Notes under the pieces: generated by a model
Database searches by the model: none
What the model was told of the DNA's origin: nothing
The model's input: only the letters and a program-made list of their open reading frames with translations
Translations under genes and position numbers: made by a program
In this document: piece after piece, positions 1 through 12,790 of the stretch
How the letters are laid out: each line of letters begins with the position of its first letter
Position numbering within the stretch: position 1 is the stretch's first letter
Assembly (NCBI GenBank): GCA_030390025.1
Contig: CM059432.1
Span: forward strand, 23,748,001 to 23,812,000
Direction: 5' to 3'
From: Squalus acanthias
Lineage: Eukaryota
DNA length: 64,000 bases

Positions 1-245
1 GCTGTCTTCACAGTAGAAGACGCATAAAAAATACCTGGCAGAACTACTAACTGATAATTAGCGGGGAACCAAGGATCTAATGAGAGTGAGAACTTATAAA
101 ATTCTTAGAGGGCTTGACAGGGTAGATGCTTAGAGGTTGATTCCCCTGGCTGGAGAGTCTAGAATGAGCAATCATAGTCTCAGGGTACAGGGTGGGCTAT
201 TTAGGACTACGATGAAGAAATGTTTTCACTCAGAGGGTTGTGAAA
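1..245 (+). mobile_element. Degenerate CR1 LINE ORF2 fragment
   Basis: Resembles CR1 ORF2 C-terminus seen at 38300-38480 (YKILRGLDRVDA...FPLAGESR...FSLRV). Confidence 0.7.
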
Positions 246-249
246 GGAA

Positions 250-740
250 GTGATGGAGCATGGAGCCTAGGCAGCTGAAGGCACGGCTGCCAATGGTGGG
301 GTGAAGGGGAGGGGACAGCAAGATGCACAAGATACCAGAGGCAGAAGAATGGAGAGTTTGGGCAAATGGAGGTTGTAGAGCTGGTAATAGGGATGGGACA
401 CGGCAGGAAATGATTTAAACATAAGCATGAGAATTTTAAATTTGAGATGTAGGCCAGCACGCACAGTGATGATGGGCAAGTGGAGCAGGATACGATCTGC
501 TTTTGTCAGCAGAGGTTTGGATGAACTGAAGTTTATAGAGGATGGGAGGCAGGCCAGGACAGCATTGGAATAGTCAAAGCTGGAGGTGACGGAGGCTTGA
601 ATGAGAGTTTCAGCGGCAGATGGAAAGGATATGTGGTTGGAAGCTTAGTTCAGAGACAGATAGGACCGCGAGGTTACAAACAGTTGAGTTCAAATTATAA
701 CAGTGGCCAAAGAGGAGGATGGAATCGGTGTTGAATAGAA
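250..740 (-). mobile_element. L2 LINE 3' fragment
   Basis: Minus-strand PITVRAGLHLKFKILML resembles the L2 ORF2 tail at 5310-5864. Confidence 0.6.
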
Positions 741-836
741 TGTCAAGGTTGTGAACAGTCTGGTTCAGACATTGTCCAAGGTATGGGAATGGACTGTTTG
801 GGAAGAGTACAGACGTTGTAACAAGGGCTGAAGGTG

Positions 837-2125
837 ATTTTGATCCAACGACGATGAAGAAACGACAATACATTTCCAAGTCAGGATGGTGTGTGACTTG
901 GAGGGGAACTTGGAGGTGGTGGTGTTCCCATGCGCCTGATGACCTTGTCCTTCTAGGTGGTAGAGGTCACGGGTTTGGGAGGTGCTGCTGAAGAAGCCTT
1001 GGCGAGTTGCTGCAGTGCATCATGTAGATGGTACACACTGCAGCCACGTTATGCCGATGGTGGAGGGAGTGAATGTTGAAGGTGGTAGAGGATGGAATGC
1101 CAATCAAACGGGCTGCTTTGTCCTGGATGGTGTCACACTTCTTGAGTGTTGTTGGAGCTGCACTCATCCAGCCAAGTGGAGAGTATTCCATCACTCTCCT
1201 GACTTGTGCCTTGTAGATGGTGGAAAGGCTTTGGGGAGTCAGGAGGTGAGTCACTCACTGCAGAATACCCAGCCTCTGACCTGCTCTTGTTGCCACAGTA
1301 TTTACGTGGCTGGTCCAGTTAGGTTTCTGGTCAATAGTGACCCCCCCCAGGATGTTGATGGTGGGGGATTCGATGATGGTAATGCCGTTGAATGTCAAGG
1401 GGCGGTGGCTAGACACTCTCTTGTTGGGAAATAGACATTGCCTGGCACTTGTGTGGCACGAATGTTACTTGCCACTAATCAGCCCAAGCCTGAATGTCGT
1501 CCAGGTCTTGCTACATGCGGGCACGGACTGCTTCATTATCTGAGGAGTTGCGAATGAAATCATCAGTGAACATCCCCACTTCTGACTTATGATTGAGGGA
1601 AGGTCATTGATGAAGCAGCTGAAGATGGTTGGGTCTAGGACACTGCCCTGAGGATCTCCTACAGCGATGTCCTGGGGCTGAGATAATTGGCCTCCAACAA
1701 CCACAACCATCTTCCTTTGTGCTAGGTATGACTCCAGCCAGTAGAGAGCTTTCCCCCTGATTTCCATTGACTTCAATTTTACTAGGGCTCCTTGATGCCA
1801 CACTCGGTCAAATACTACCTTGATGTCAAGGGCAGTCACTCTCACCTCACCTTAGGAATCCAGCTCTTTTTGCCATGTTTGGACCAAGGCTGTAATGAGG
1901 TCTGGAGCCGAGTTATCCTGGCGGAACCCAAACTGAGCACCAGTGAGCAGGTTATTGGTGAGTAAGTGCTGCTTGATAGCACTGTCGCCGACCCCTTCCC
2001 TCACTTTGTTGATGGGACGGTAATTGGCCGGATTGGATTTGTCTTGCTTTTTGTGGACAGGACATACCTGGGCAATTTTCCACTTTGTCGGGTAAATGCC
2101 AGTGTTGTAGCTGTACTGGAACAGA
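837..2125 (-). mobile_element. CR1-group LINE 'family B' RT fragment, degenerate
   Basis: ORFs 1852-2220, 1465-1845, 967-1254 give KWKIAQVCPVHKKQDKSNPANYRP, LDIKVVFDRVWH, PQGSVL, YKAQVRRVMEYS; frameshifted. Confidence 0.85.
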
Positions 2126-3869
2126 TTAGCTGAGTAGACAAAATTGTGGCAGATGGAGTTCAGTGTGGAGAAATGTGAGGTCCTCCACTTTGGACCTAAA
2201 AACGAAATCTTGTCTAACATCCAGTTTTGAATGAGAGATAATTCCCTCTAGCTAAACATTGGGAACACCAATGACATCACCTCCAGTCCCTGCCACAAAG
2301 TCTGTACTCTTGCTAATATCACACTAGCTAAACACCCGTGGTATTTCTCGTGAGCAGTCTAGGCCCTTGAGCACGATTGTGTTGTTTAGCAGGGGTGGAG
2401 TAGGCACCTTTTGCCCATTCCAAGACAAAATGCAGGACAGAGCCTTGGATGGAGTTTTCTGCACGTGTGGAAAGCTGAAAACTGTTCCCTTCGCACAGAC
2501 TTAGAGAACGTTTCTTAAAATGAAAAGGCTGAAAACGTGACTTTTGCTGTTCAGTTTTCATTGTTGAACATTGCAAGTGAATTAACTTACATGATGCCCA
2601 TCCAACATGGCCTTTTCAATATAAAACCCAACACTTGATCTCCCTGAACAGAGGACACTGCAACTCAAACTAAGCAAAATCATGTTTGGGTGCTTGGGCT
2701 TTGAAATACGGTGAAGAAAACATGAGTCAGTAGCCCAGCTATTACTTCGTAAGTTTTTTTTTTAACGAACTTAGATTGTAGGGTTAGATTGCCATTAGTT
2801 CATGGTCAGTGGATGAAAATTCTAGTCTATAATTTTTGAAAAAACTTTGTTTACCAACAGGTTGTCATTTTCAAACATGCACTTGATAATAATGTCAGGT
2901 TCGGACTTCATTGTGGAATGTTCCTTTGTTATACCTCAGAAGCATAGATTCCCTGCAACTACAATAAGGCATCAGGACTCATTGGACCTGAATTTTCCAC
3001 AAACTTAAGCAATAGTAATGGTGCATCTATGGCGTATGCCATTATTATAGTGCAGAAATTCCAGCAAATTATGGCACAAGTGATCTAAGCCATTATGTAC
3101 AACACCCCATAATTTTCTGGGACCTTTTGAGCGGCTCAACCACTACCCCTCGCCGAAAACAGCTGGAAGGTACTTTGGCGGCGGGATCAAGACATTGGCT
3201 GCGCCGCTTCATATTTGCAGCTATGCTCGCTGTGGTTTATTCTGATCAGTTGCCAAGAAAATTGTGGTGTAAATTCGCCACTGGAGGATCAGGAAGCACA
3301 ACCGTCTAACATATGGTGTCTCTTGCCAATATCGCTTTTGGCAGCGAATTCACAAAAGCTCAAACAATAAGCAAGTCTGTGCAGAGGCACATGTTGTGTA
3401 CAGTTGATTAAACAGTTGTCATAACACCTGCAAGTGTATTGTTGGTGACACAGTTAAATGCCAGTCAGAACCTTTTTGTTCCTATACAGACTGCACAGTT
3501 TGTTCACTGGCAATCTGTTCCTAATTGATGTTTTGCAAACCTTTCAATCTGCACATCACAGTTGTGGTGTAATTCCTGTGCCTATCATTAGCTTGATGTA
3601 ATTAAATCGAGGAGCATTGGATACTTGGGAATAATCATAAGGATCTCTGATCAAGGGGTTCAAATTTTTAAAAAGGGGGCACCTTAACATATCTCTCAAA
3701 AATGTGTCAAAGCGCTTCATTGAAAATTAATTACTTTGAAGTGGAGCGATTGCACACAGTAAGATCCCACAAACAGGAATGAGATGAATGACCAGTTGTT
3801 CTGTTTCTTTTGGTGGTGTTAATTGTTGGCCAGGATACTGTTTAACAGCACTGGAATTGGTACCCTGTC

Positions 3870-5840
3870 GCATCTATCTCTAGTTTCTCTCCAATCTTCG
3901 CTCATGCACTCTCTGATCTCATCTTGTCCATGAGACCCACCTACTCCACTGACCCCATTCTTACAAAACTGCTTACTACCCAATTTCCCTTCCTTCCAGG
4001 ACCCCATGATAGCTGGCATTGTAAATTCCACATTCCCCTTCCTCCTCCCATCCCCACTTCTTTCTGTGTCCGCCCCTGGAAAAAGCTCTCCCTCAAGTCA
4101 CTTACCACTACACTTTCAAATTCCCAACTATCTAGCCTTTGACCCACAATGACATTTCTACAGCTAATTACTGCTAAATCATACTCTTTCCACCACCTTT
4201 GATGCCCTTGACCCCATTAAAACCATCACTCTCTCTCTCAGCCTAGTTGTTCCCCCGGTATTCACCTCATCTCCGCTCCCTTAAGTCCAAGGGACGCAGA
4301 TTTGAACGTCTAAGGCGGACAATTGGTTTAACCATCCATCGCCAGATCTGGCTGGACAACATAAAAAATTAGCGGGTCCTGCGCTTTATTGCTAAAACTG
4401 CTCGCTCTTCAAAGATCATCCCAGAATGCAAAGTTAACCCCCGCTTTCTCTTCTCTATCACAAACCATCTTCTTAAACCACCCTCCTGTGCCTCCTCCAC
4501 CGTCACTTTCAACCACAAGTGTGAGGAGCTCTTGGACTCTTTTGTCACAAAGATCGAGACCATCTGTTCAGTTGCCTCTGACACTTCCCTTCCATCCCCT
4601 AGCCCACCGGGCCAAACTTTCCCTAATGTTCCCCGCTGCCCTAGCCCTGGACTCACATCTTTCTCTAGATTCTATCCCAACTCCTGCCTTGCTCTCTCCG
4701 AGCTCATCTTGTCCATGAGACCCACCTCCTGCTCCCTCGACCCTATTCCGACCAAACGGTTGACCATCCAACTTCCCTTCCTAGCCCCCATGTTAGCTGA
4801 TATTGTTAATGGTTCTCTCTCCTCAGGTACTCCCTCAGTACTGCACTGGAGTGTCAGCCTATATTTTTGTGCTCAAGTTCCTGTAGTGGGACTTGAACCC
4901 ACAACCTTCTGACTCAGAGGCAAGGGTGCCACCAACTGAGCCACAGCTGACCTACCTGGAACTTTCGACACAGTTGACCACACCATCCTTCTCCAATGCC
5001 TTTTCTCCTTCGTTCAGCTGGATGGAACTGCGCTTGCCTGGTTCCATTCTTATCTATCAAATCGTAGCCAGAGAACCACCTGCAATGGCTTCTCTTCCCA
5101 CTCCCGCACCGTTACTTCTGGAGTCCCCCAAGGATCTATCCTTGGTCCCCTTCTATTTCTCATCTACATGCTGGCCCTTGTCGATATCACCCAAAAACAT
5201 AACATCAGGTTCCACCTGTATGCTGACGACACTCGGCTCCATCTCACCACCACCTCACTGGACCCTCCACTGTCCCTAATTTGTCAGACTGCTTGTTCAA
5301 CATCCAATATTGGATGAGCAGAAATTCCTCCAACTAATTATTGGGAAGACTGAAGCCAATGTCTTTGGTCCCCACCACAAACTCCGTTCCATGACCACCG
5401 TTTCCATTTCTCTCCCTGGCAACTGTCTGAAACTGAGCCAGACCATTCGCAACTTTGGTGTTGTGATTGACCCTGAGATGAGCTTCCAACCACATATCTG
5501 CTCCATCACTAAGACTGCCTACTTCCACCTCCGTAACATCGCCCGACTCCAACCCTGCCTCAGCTCATCTGCTGCTGAAACCCTCATCCATGCCTTTGTT
5601 ACCTCTAGACTTGACTATTCCAATGCTCTCCTGGCCATCTTCCCATCTTCCACCCTACATAAACTTGTGTTCATCCAAAACTCTGCTGCCCATATCTCAT
5701 CTCGCACCAAGTCTTGTTCATCCATCACCCCTGTGCTTGCCGACCTTCATTGGCTCCCGGTCCAACAACGCCTCAATTTTAAAATCCTCATCCTTGTTTC
5801 CAAATCCCTCCATGATCTAGCCCCTCCCTATCTCCCAATC
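3870..5840 (+). mobile_element. L2 LINE ORF2 fragments, degenerate
   Basis: CSLDPIPT, GVPQGSILGP, YADD (5219-5230) and ORF 5310-5864 (AETLIHAFVTSRLDYSNALL...LHWLPV) are typical L2 RT/C-terminus; split by a SINE head. Confidence 0.85.
4828..4951 (-). mobile_element. tRNA-derived SINE head (DeuSINE family) within L2
   Basis: Reverse complement has A-box TGGCTCAGTTGG and B-box GGTTCAAGTCC; same sequence as 30290-30398 plus 37106-37134. Confidence 0.8.
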
Positions 5841-6289
5841 TTTATTTTGCTTTCTGTACAATGATTTAAATGTGATTTATATTCCCTGCTTTTTACATCC
5901 TGCTTTGCCATCTGTGAGAATTCTTCAATCTGATTGGCTGATCAGCCTGCCTGTTGCCTGCCCTGTTGCTGGATGCCACAGATCCCCTGCAGAAGGCGTC
6001 AAATTCAAAGTGACGTCGGAATAGAAGAAGTCTGTGCTCCAGAGCCCCATATATCTTTGTGGGCAGCTTTTTTTCGAGGTCAGTGGCGAGCACCGTTCCT
6101 TCGCCACTGACCGCAAAATCCGGGCCATTGTATTCCACAACATTTACCTTTTGGATGGAAAAGTTTCCTTTAGTTGATCAATTTATCAATTCTCTTCGTA
6201 ATCTTGGAAACTTCAATTAGGTCACATTGAAGTCTCCTCTTTTCGAAAGAGAATAAGCCTAATCTCTGACCTTTCCTCATAAGTTAGAG

Positions 6290-6530
6290 TGTATCCACAA
6301 TGGTCCGGCTGGATAAAATGGCGTGTAGCTGAGTTATACAGACCACGCAGGTCCCAGGATCAAGTCTAGGTTCCGATTGATTTAACTGATCTATGCCAGG
6401 GTGGCAGTAGGCGGTGCAATTGATCTCTGTGCATTTAAGAAATTGGAAAATCAGTCAAGATTCACTTGCCTGAATCTTAACCTGTGACCCCTGCTGGAAA
6501 ATGTACATGTGCAGACATTGGGTGAAATGC
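6290..6530 (+). mobile_element. Old tRNA-derived SINE-like repeat
   Basis: Diverged similarity to 44160-44380 (ctgag..a.cagac...cc.ag..t..a); degenerate B-box. Confidence 0.4.
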
Positions 6531-7165
6531 AAGGCCTACTATTCTTCTCAGACATGAAAAATGTACATTGAAATTAGGTGCAGGTGCACTTCACTCCAGC
6601 ACGTGTGTATCAGTGGCTTCAGAACAAGAGCTGAGGTACTTCAGTAAGCTACCATAGGTTTCCATGTGCATCAAGGCCTTCAGCACAGAAGGAATAAAAT
6701 TGGAAGAACCAAATGAGATCTGTCTGAACTATGTGTATTGTCAAACCTGGAGTATCTTGCTAAGCTGAACATAGGAAGTGATTTTCACATATTTTAACCT
6801 CCGGCCCCCACATTTATCAATAGTACTTGACAGTCTGGCATCAAGTTTAAAGAAGATTTTAGTTGAAACAGACAGAAAATAATAGTGCCCCATAACCCAG
6901 GTGTCTCAACACAACAAATACATTGTGGGCTACCGTATGCATTCGAATACTTAGAAGAAAATGTCTTCTTTTTGCTTAGCACAAGCTTCTGACACAGTGT
7001 GTAGTGCTGTGCTTGCAATTTTATTATTAGTAATGGCTCAAAAGGCTCTATAACAGCTGGACAACTCTGATGTCATTGCCTACATCTCTGAATAACTTTT
7101 GCTAACCAGTGTTAGCCAAATGATGTATACCATGTCTCCAAATATAATTTGGGTTCAGACCTGTC

Positions 7166-7983
7166 AGGCTGGATTTTACCAGCCCTGAGGAGGCGGGACT
7201 GCTGGGAAAATCAAAAAGAATGGGAGCGGGTCCCGAACCCGCTCCCAACCTTCCTCTAACCAATCTTCCCAGGAGTCGGGTCCCCGATTTGCGCAGGGAC
7301 CCGACTCCTAGAGGCGGGAAGAGGATTATAGCCACTTAACTGCCTCTTAACAGGTAGTTAACAGGCAGTTAAGAGGCGTTTTCCCATTTTGAGACTTCTG
7401 GTGCGGGCTTCCTGACGTCGAGGAACCCTGCCAGGGTAAGTGAGGCGTGCTGTGGGTCTGTTGTAATGTTTGTGTATAGATGACAGCTGCAGAAGTGGTG
7501 TGAAGGATGCAATGGGACACTGGTGAGTATCAGAGATAAGGAAATGTTGGGAAAGTCATTTTTAATATGTTTAGATTTTTCTGTAGCCGACAAGCTTTGA
7601 AGTGTTTGTGTAGCCTCACCTCACTGGGAGAAGTGACAGATCGCTTCTGTACCCTCACCTGCAGCTGCCATCAGTTTTATCCTAAGGAGAGAGTCATTGG
7701 AGAGCCTGGGTACAAGGGCTCACCTTTGTACAGTGATTGTCAGTGTTTGACAGCACCTCAATGCTGTCAAACACTGTCAAATCATCTGTCAAAAATAAAT
7801 GTTTCATGTCATAAAACCGGCAGATGAAGCGTCATCAACTGACGTCATCTGACACCGGCTTTCCCTTAATTGGCCAATCAGGGGAAAATAGCGTCTGTGC
7901 GTTGGACGTCACTGGGGGCGGGACTAGAACTTGGAAGGCAGCAGTTCTGCCCCCAACTCGTCTCGGTAAGTAAAATCCAGCCT
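7166..7983. mobile_element. Non-autonomous PIF/Harbinger MITE, copy 1
   Basis: TIRs AGGCTGGATTTTAC / GTAAAATCCAGCCT, 3-bp TSD GTC; second copy inverted at 61389-62847. Confidence 0.85.
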
Positions 7984-8064
7984 GTCGTCTCAGACACAAC
8001 TACACAATTTAATCTTTATGTATGACAGACAGTGAGTATCAGCAAAACATAAACATGGCCATAG

Positions 8065-8280
8065 CAAATGTGAGAAGTCACACAACACCAGGTTATAGTC
8101 CAACAGTTTTATTTGAAATCACAAGCTTTCGGAGTGCCGCTCCTTCGTCAGGTGAAGTCACCCGACGAAGGAGCAGCGCTCCGAAAGCTTGTGATTTCAA
8201 ATAAAACTGTTGGACTATAACCTGGTGTTGTGCGACTTCTCACATTTGTCTACCCCAGTCCAACACCGGCATCTCCACAT
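8065..8280. mobile_element. Penelope-like element terminus (inverted pseudo-LTR) with hammerhead motifs
   Basis: 91-bp inverted arms 8065-8155 / 8158-8248 plus ~32-bp tail; flanked by direct repeat CATGGCCATAGCA (8054-8066, 8281-8293). Confidence 0.8.
8119..8155 (-). ncRNA. Minimal type I hammerhead ribozyme motif
   Basis: Minus strand UCAC-CUGACGA-A-GGAG(cggca)CUCC-GAAA-GCUU-GUGA. The + arm copy (8158-8194) has core CCGACGA (mutated). Confidence 0.65.
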
Positions 8281-9800
8281 CATGGCCATAGCAGTAAGAG
8301 GACACTGCGCTATGCTTCTGCTATGGGGCAACCTTTCTAATGGAAAACAGTGAAGATCACTGAAGGAACTACATCAACCGCTCTGCTGTGGTGGATTCAC
8401 CATAGCTCCCCATCTAGGCCAAGCCTCTCTCCCTTTATACCCTCTCTGATCAGTGATTTGTGTCAGCTCTGATGTAACCTTTTTGTTGTTCAGCTTTCAC
8501 ATGAACTTTATTCCACTTGTCTCAGCAGATGATGCTCCTTTGCTGCTGGCGTCCTTGCAAACAGCACCGGTAAACATCAAACGTTCCAGACATTGATGAA
8601 TTATTTCAGCATATTATTAAAAGTGGCATCATTATTTTTTTCAAATGAAAGGTTCACATTTCACACAGTTCCAATATAAAAACAGCGCAGCACGAACGGG
8701 TCTTTTCGGAGAATTAATCAGACCTACTATCCTGATTAACCCTTTACATCCTAGTCTCTGGCATTCACCCAAAACTATTAACCAGCACCAGGGCTCTTAG
8801 ACTGTTAAGATATTTGATATTAAATGTTTTCAAAAATAAATAATTTAAAAATAATAATTTAAAACATAAATCATGAATTCCCCAGAAGTTTTACTTGGTG
8901 CTTTCCCAACACTGAGTTTCAAAGGCTATGTTAGTTATTTATAGCACTTTGCACACATATATTATAATTATTGACTGTAGGTTAGAGTTTCACTGTAAAA
9001 GCACTAAGCACTTTAAATAACCAACTGCCTCAGAGGTGGAAAAGTGCTCCTGAGAAAAGCATGATAGCTAGATTTCCAAATTCATTGCAGTGTTTACTGT
9101 GCTTAATAAAGTGCTCTGAATAACTCCACGATACTTCCTGGGTTACTGTCAGGAACGTGGCATTAGGGGTTTTCTCGGGTGTACATTGTCAGCAGGGAGC
9201 ACAGGAAGGGCATTCTATATGGGGGTGGGGTCAAAAAAATTATGGGTATAAGCTTTCTTGAATTCCTCACTCCAAGACGTTAGGACAGTGCATTCCCAGC
9301 AGTGAGCTGTAAAGTCTGGTTTGGTTGTTTAATGTGCTTAGTGCACCTTTACTTTAAGTATGTGCCTTAGGTAACTAAGCACTGCCCTGCTCTAACACTA
9401 CAGCTACATTTCTGGGCATGACCTGCGAATTTGCTTTACATTGTGTAAAACTGTTACTATGGGCTGAATTTTAATCTGCAGGAGTGTGTGGGTTTGGGTG
9501 CGGGTGGGGGTGGTTAAAACCGACGAAATTGACTGCGTCGGGAAGCCGGCTCCAACCCGCCGACTTTCGCATTTCACGTTAGGCCGCGTGCAAGCAAACC
9601 CCTTGGGAGAGGCGGGTTGCCACTTAGCACACGTTAATCGCTCAATTAGAGCGATATTGACATGGGGTTTGCAATTTAACTTTGGGTCCACGGGTTTCCC
9701 GAGCTTCCTGGTGCTCACCAGTGAAAGCAAGGCGAGAGCACAGCGGCAATTGAGAGGGCTGAAGCCATGTCAGGGAAATATGCCAATAACTACTCAGTAC

Positions 9801-9906
9801 CAATGTTCCATATAAGCTGCGTGGCCGCACAGCGCAAAACTGTGAAGGGGCCGCGCATACCCTTAAAGGGGCCGCGCACCCCAAAAAAAAATTACGGGGA
9901 ACATTG
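9801..9906. mobile_element. hAT-type MITE (106 bp) nested in Harbinger
   Basis: TIRs CAATGTTCC / GGAACATTG, perfect 8-bp TSD CTCAGTAC (9793-9800, 9907-9914). Confidence 0.85.
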
Positions 9907-10064
9907 CTCAGTACCTACAGCTGCTTTCTTACCTGCTTGTGGGAAAGAGTTTGTTCACAGTACTTGTGCTGAGAGGTTACTCTACACACTTTGGAGGTTT
10001 CTTCAACACTTTGGAGGTTTGGAGGTCTGATCTGCACTTTGGAGCTCTAATCTATCAGATCAGC

Positions 10065-11225
10065 ACGGGTGCTGCTTACGCTGCCTTATATTGGACCTCA
10101 GATGAGGATGAAGGTGACCAGCAACAGCAGGACCAGCAACAGGCTGCTGCTCCCAGACCTGAAGCTCCACAGGAGAGAGAGGAGCAGCAGAGAGGTGCAG
10201 CTCGCAGGAGGCCTACCTGGTACGCAGAGTCCACAGGCAGAGGGGATAAGCTTCCTGGACATGTCTGAACACCAGTGTCTCAGGAGGCTCAGGGTGTCAC
10301 GTCAGGTGGTGGCAGACATTTGCAGGCTGCTGGAACAAGACCTGCTGTCAACTGGACCTGGTGGCCACGCTTTACCAGTGGCTGTCACCACCACCCTCAA
10401 CTTCTTTGTCTCTGGATCCTTTCGGGAATCTGCCGGAGACATTTGCAGGATCTCGCAGTCGGTGGCACACTAATGTATAAGACAGGTGACTGATGGCTTG
10501 TTTGCCAGGGCCGCCAATTATGTCAACTTTGCCAGCGATGACGCCAGTCAGAATGAGCGGGCGCTCGGGTTTGCGGCTCTGGCTGGCTTCCCACAGGTGC
10601 AGGGCATCATCGACTGCACACGTGACAATTAAGGTACCCCCAGATCACCCAGGAGTATTCGGAAACCGCAAGGGCTTCCACTCCATCAATGTGCAGCAGG
10701 TGTGCAACCACAAAAAGATGTGCAGGTGTGCGCAAGATTCTCGGGCAGCTGCCATGATGCTTTCATCCTGCGGCAGTCCACCCTCCCTGATCTCTGCACA
10801 CCTGGAAGCAGAATTACCGGCTGGCTGCTCGGAGACAAGGGATACCCACTTAAAACGTGGCTGAAGACACCTCTCAGAAACCCAAGGAATGAGGCTCAGG
10901 AGTGGTACAATGAAGGCCATATCACCACCAGATGTGTAATCGAACAAGCCATCTGCATACTGAAGATGCGCTTCAGGTGCCTGGACAGATCTGGAGGCGC
11001 CCTTCAGTACGCATCAGCCAGGGTCTCCAGAATGGTCGTGGTGTGCTGCGCTCTGCACAACATTACGCAGCAGCGAGGTTTGGACCTGCAGGAGGAACAA
11101 GGCACAGAGCCTCTTCGGAGGATTCCGAGGATGAGGGGGATGAGGTAGAAGGTAATGCGGGCAATGCACCACCAGTGGCGCACATTGCTGCCCGGGATGC
11201 CCTCATTATTGCGAGGTTCATTTAG
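10065..11225 (+). pseudogene. Harbinger DDE transposase (HARBI1-like), disrupted
   Basis: [70 protein letters not shown] spread over several frames, with a stop at ~10471. Confidence 0.9.
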
Positions 11226-11499
11226 GTTCCACCAGTCCACCCATCCAACAACCACATGTAAAAGCCACTTTTGAACCCCCCCATGCCACTAACACAAAGC
11301 AGTCCTGCAAACAGCCAAGCATCCCTTTCACAGACCCCCCCCCCCCCCCCCACCGCCCCCATTGGTCGCTGTCAATTCATGTCTTCCCATTCATCACATA
11401 ACTGAAAAGGCCACTTGCCAGCCAACAGCCAAGAATGGCCAAGATCGGAAATTGGTGCAAAAGAATAATATTTATATGCTTTACATAAACAACAGAAAC

Positions 11500-12790
11500 T
11501 TAACAATCTGACAATGTGTAACACACCCACGTGCATACCCTTGTGCAACTATAAATCTTTACTCTTCCTTTTCCTAGTGCTTCTACATGGTGCAACCCCT
11601 GTGGCTTCAGCAGAGGTAGAGGCAGGCTGCTCAGAACCCTGCTCTGTCTGTTGAGTTGCTCTTGGCCGACATCCTCTGGGATTTGGAGCCCTGCTCCACC
11701 TGCACGTTTGCACGGGCAGACTTGGCCATCTGGACCCAAGGCAGCATGTGGGGTACTGACTGAGGGGGGGGGGCAATGGGTGAGAAGTGGTAGTGCTTTG
11801 AGCCGAGTCCCCACTTCCATGTCCCCTTTCACCATCATCCCTCTCACGGCCCAGCCTCACTTCTGCAGCTGAAGAACACTTTGCTGCAGATCAGTGGGAC
11901 GATGAACGGCCAAGGCTAGGATGATGAACGGCCAAGGCTAGGATATCATTCATTCTAATTAAGGTGGCATTCAGAGTGTGCAGGCCATTGGTGAAGGCCT
12001 GCAAGCACTCGTGTGATTGCCGCGTTTGGTGCTCCATGCAGGTGGCCACTCTTTTCATGGAAAAAGACATCATCGCAAAGGTCTGCGACAGCATGGCACT
12101 CATGCTGGAGACGGACTCCTTAAATCTCCCTGAATTCGTGCACAGTGCACTTGGAACGCCTGCCAGTACATTGCACATTCTCTGCTGCTGCTCAAGAAGT
12201 ATCCTGTTCATCGACAGCCCACAGGGTACAGCATCTGCTTCCAGCTGAGCAGATCACCCTCCGACGCAGACTCTGCACTGCTGTCACTGACTGCACCATC
12301 TCCTCTGCAGGTGTTACTTGTGAGATAGCTGAAGGGCCACCTCTGGTTCTCTGCCTCTCCCTTGTGTTCTGCGCTCTTTTCTCCTGCAAGGAGGGAAAGA
12401 AGAGACGTATGAGTGAAGGTAATGGCATGTGTTTACCCGAAGGATGGAGAGCATTTGTTGAGGGTAACTATGAGGGATAGGCATGACATTGCACAAGGAT
12501 GAGGGTGAGTGTCAGTGGTGGATGGATAGATGGGGATGTGAGGAAGTGCATAGATGGAGAGGGATGGGTGTACCTGCAAGTTAAGTCTGTGTGAGGAGTG
12601 ATGTGTTGGAATAGGCTTGAGAAGGCAGAGTGAGGGGGTTAGAGTGATACGCACATCAGGATGTAGGTGAATGTGCCATTGCTTTCACCTTTCCTGCCCT
12701 GCTTAGGTCATTGAAGCGCTTCCTGCATTGTATCCAGGAACGTGGCACCATGCTCCTGCTGCTGACCTCCTGGGCAACCTTGTTGAGTTA
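11500..12790 (-). pseudogene. Harbinger Myb/SANT-like DNA-binding protein gene, spliced, 5'-deleted
   Basis: Exon KVAQEVSSRSMVPRSWIQCRKRFNDLSRAGK then GT (~12689); acceptor ccttgcAG then EKRAQNTRERQRTRGG (~12384); coiled-coil-like ORF 11891-12211. Confidence 0.8.

Noticed and set aside
10065..12790. Host HARBI1 or NAIF1 genes
   Set aside because: Both frames are disrupted and enclosed by TIRs and a TSD, so this is a transposon copy.
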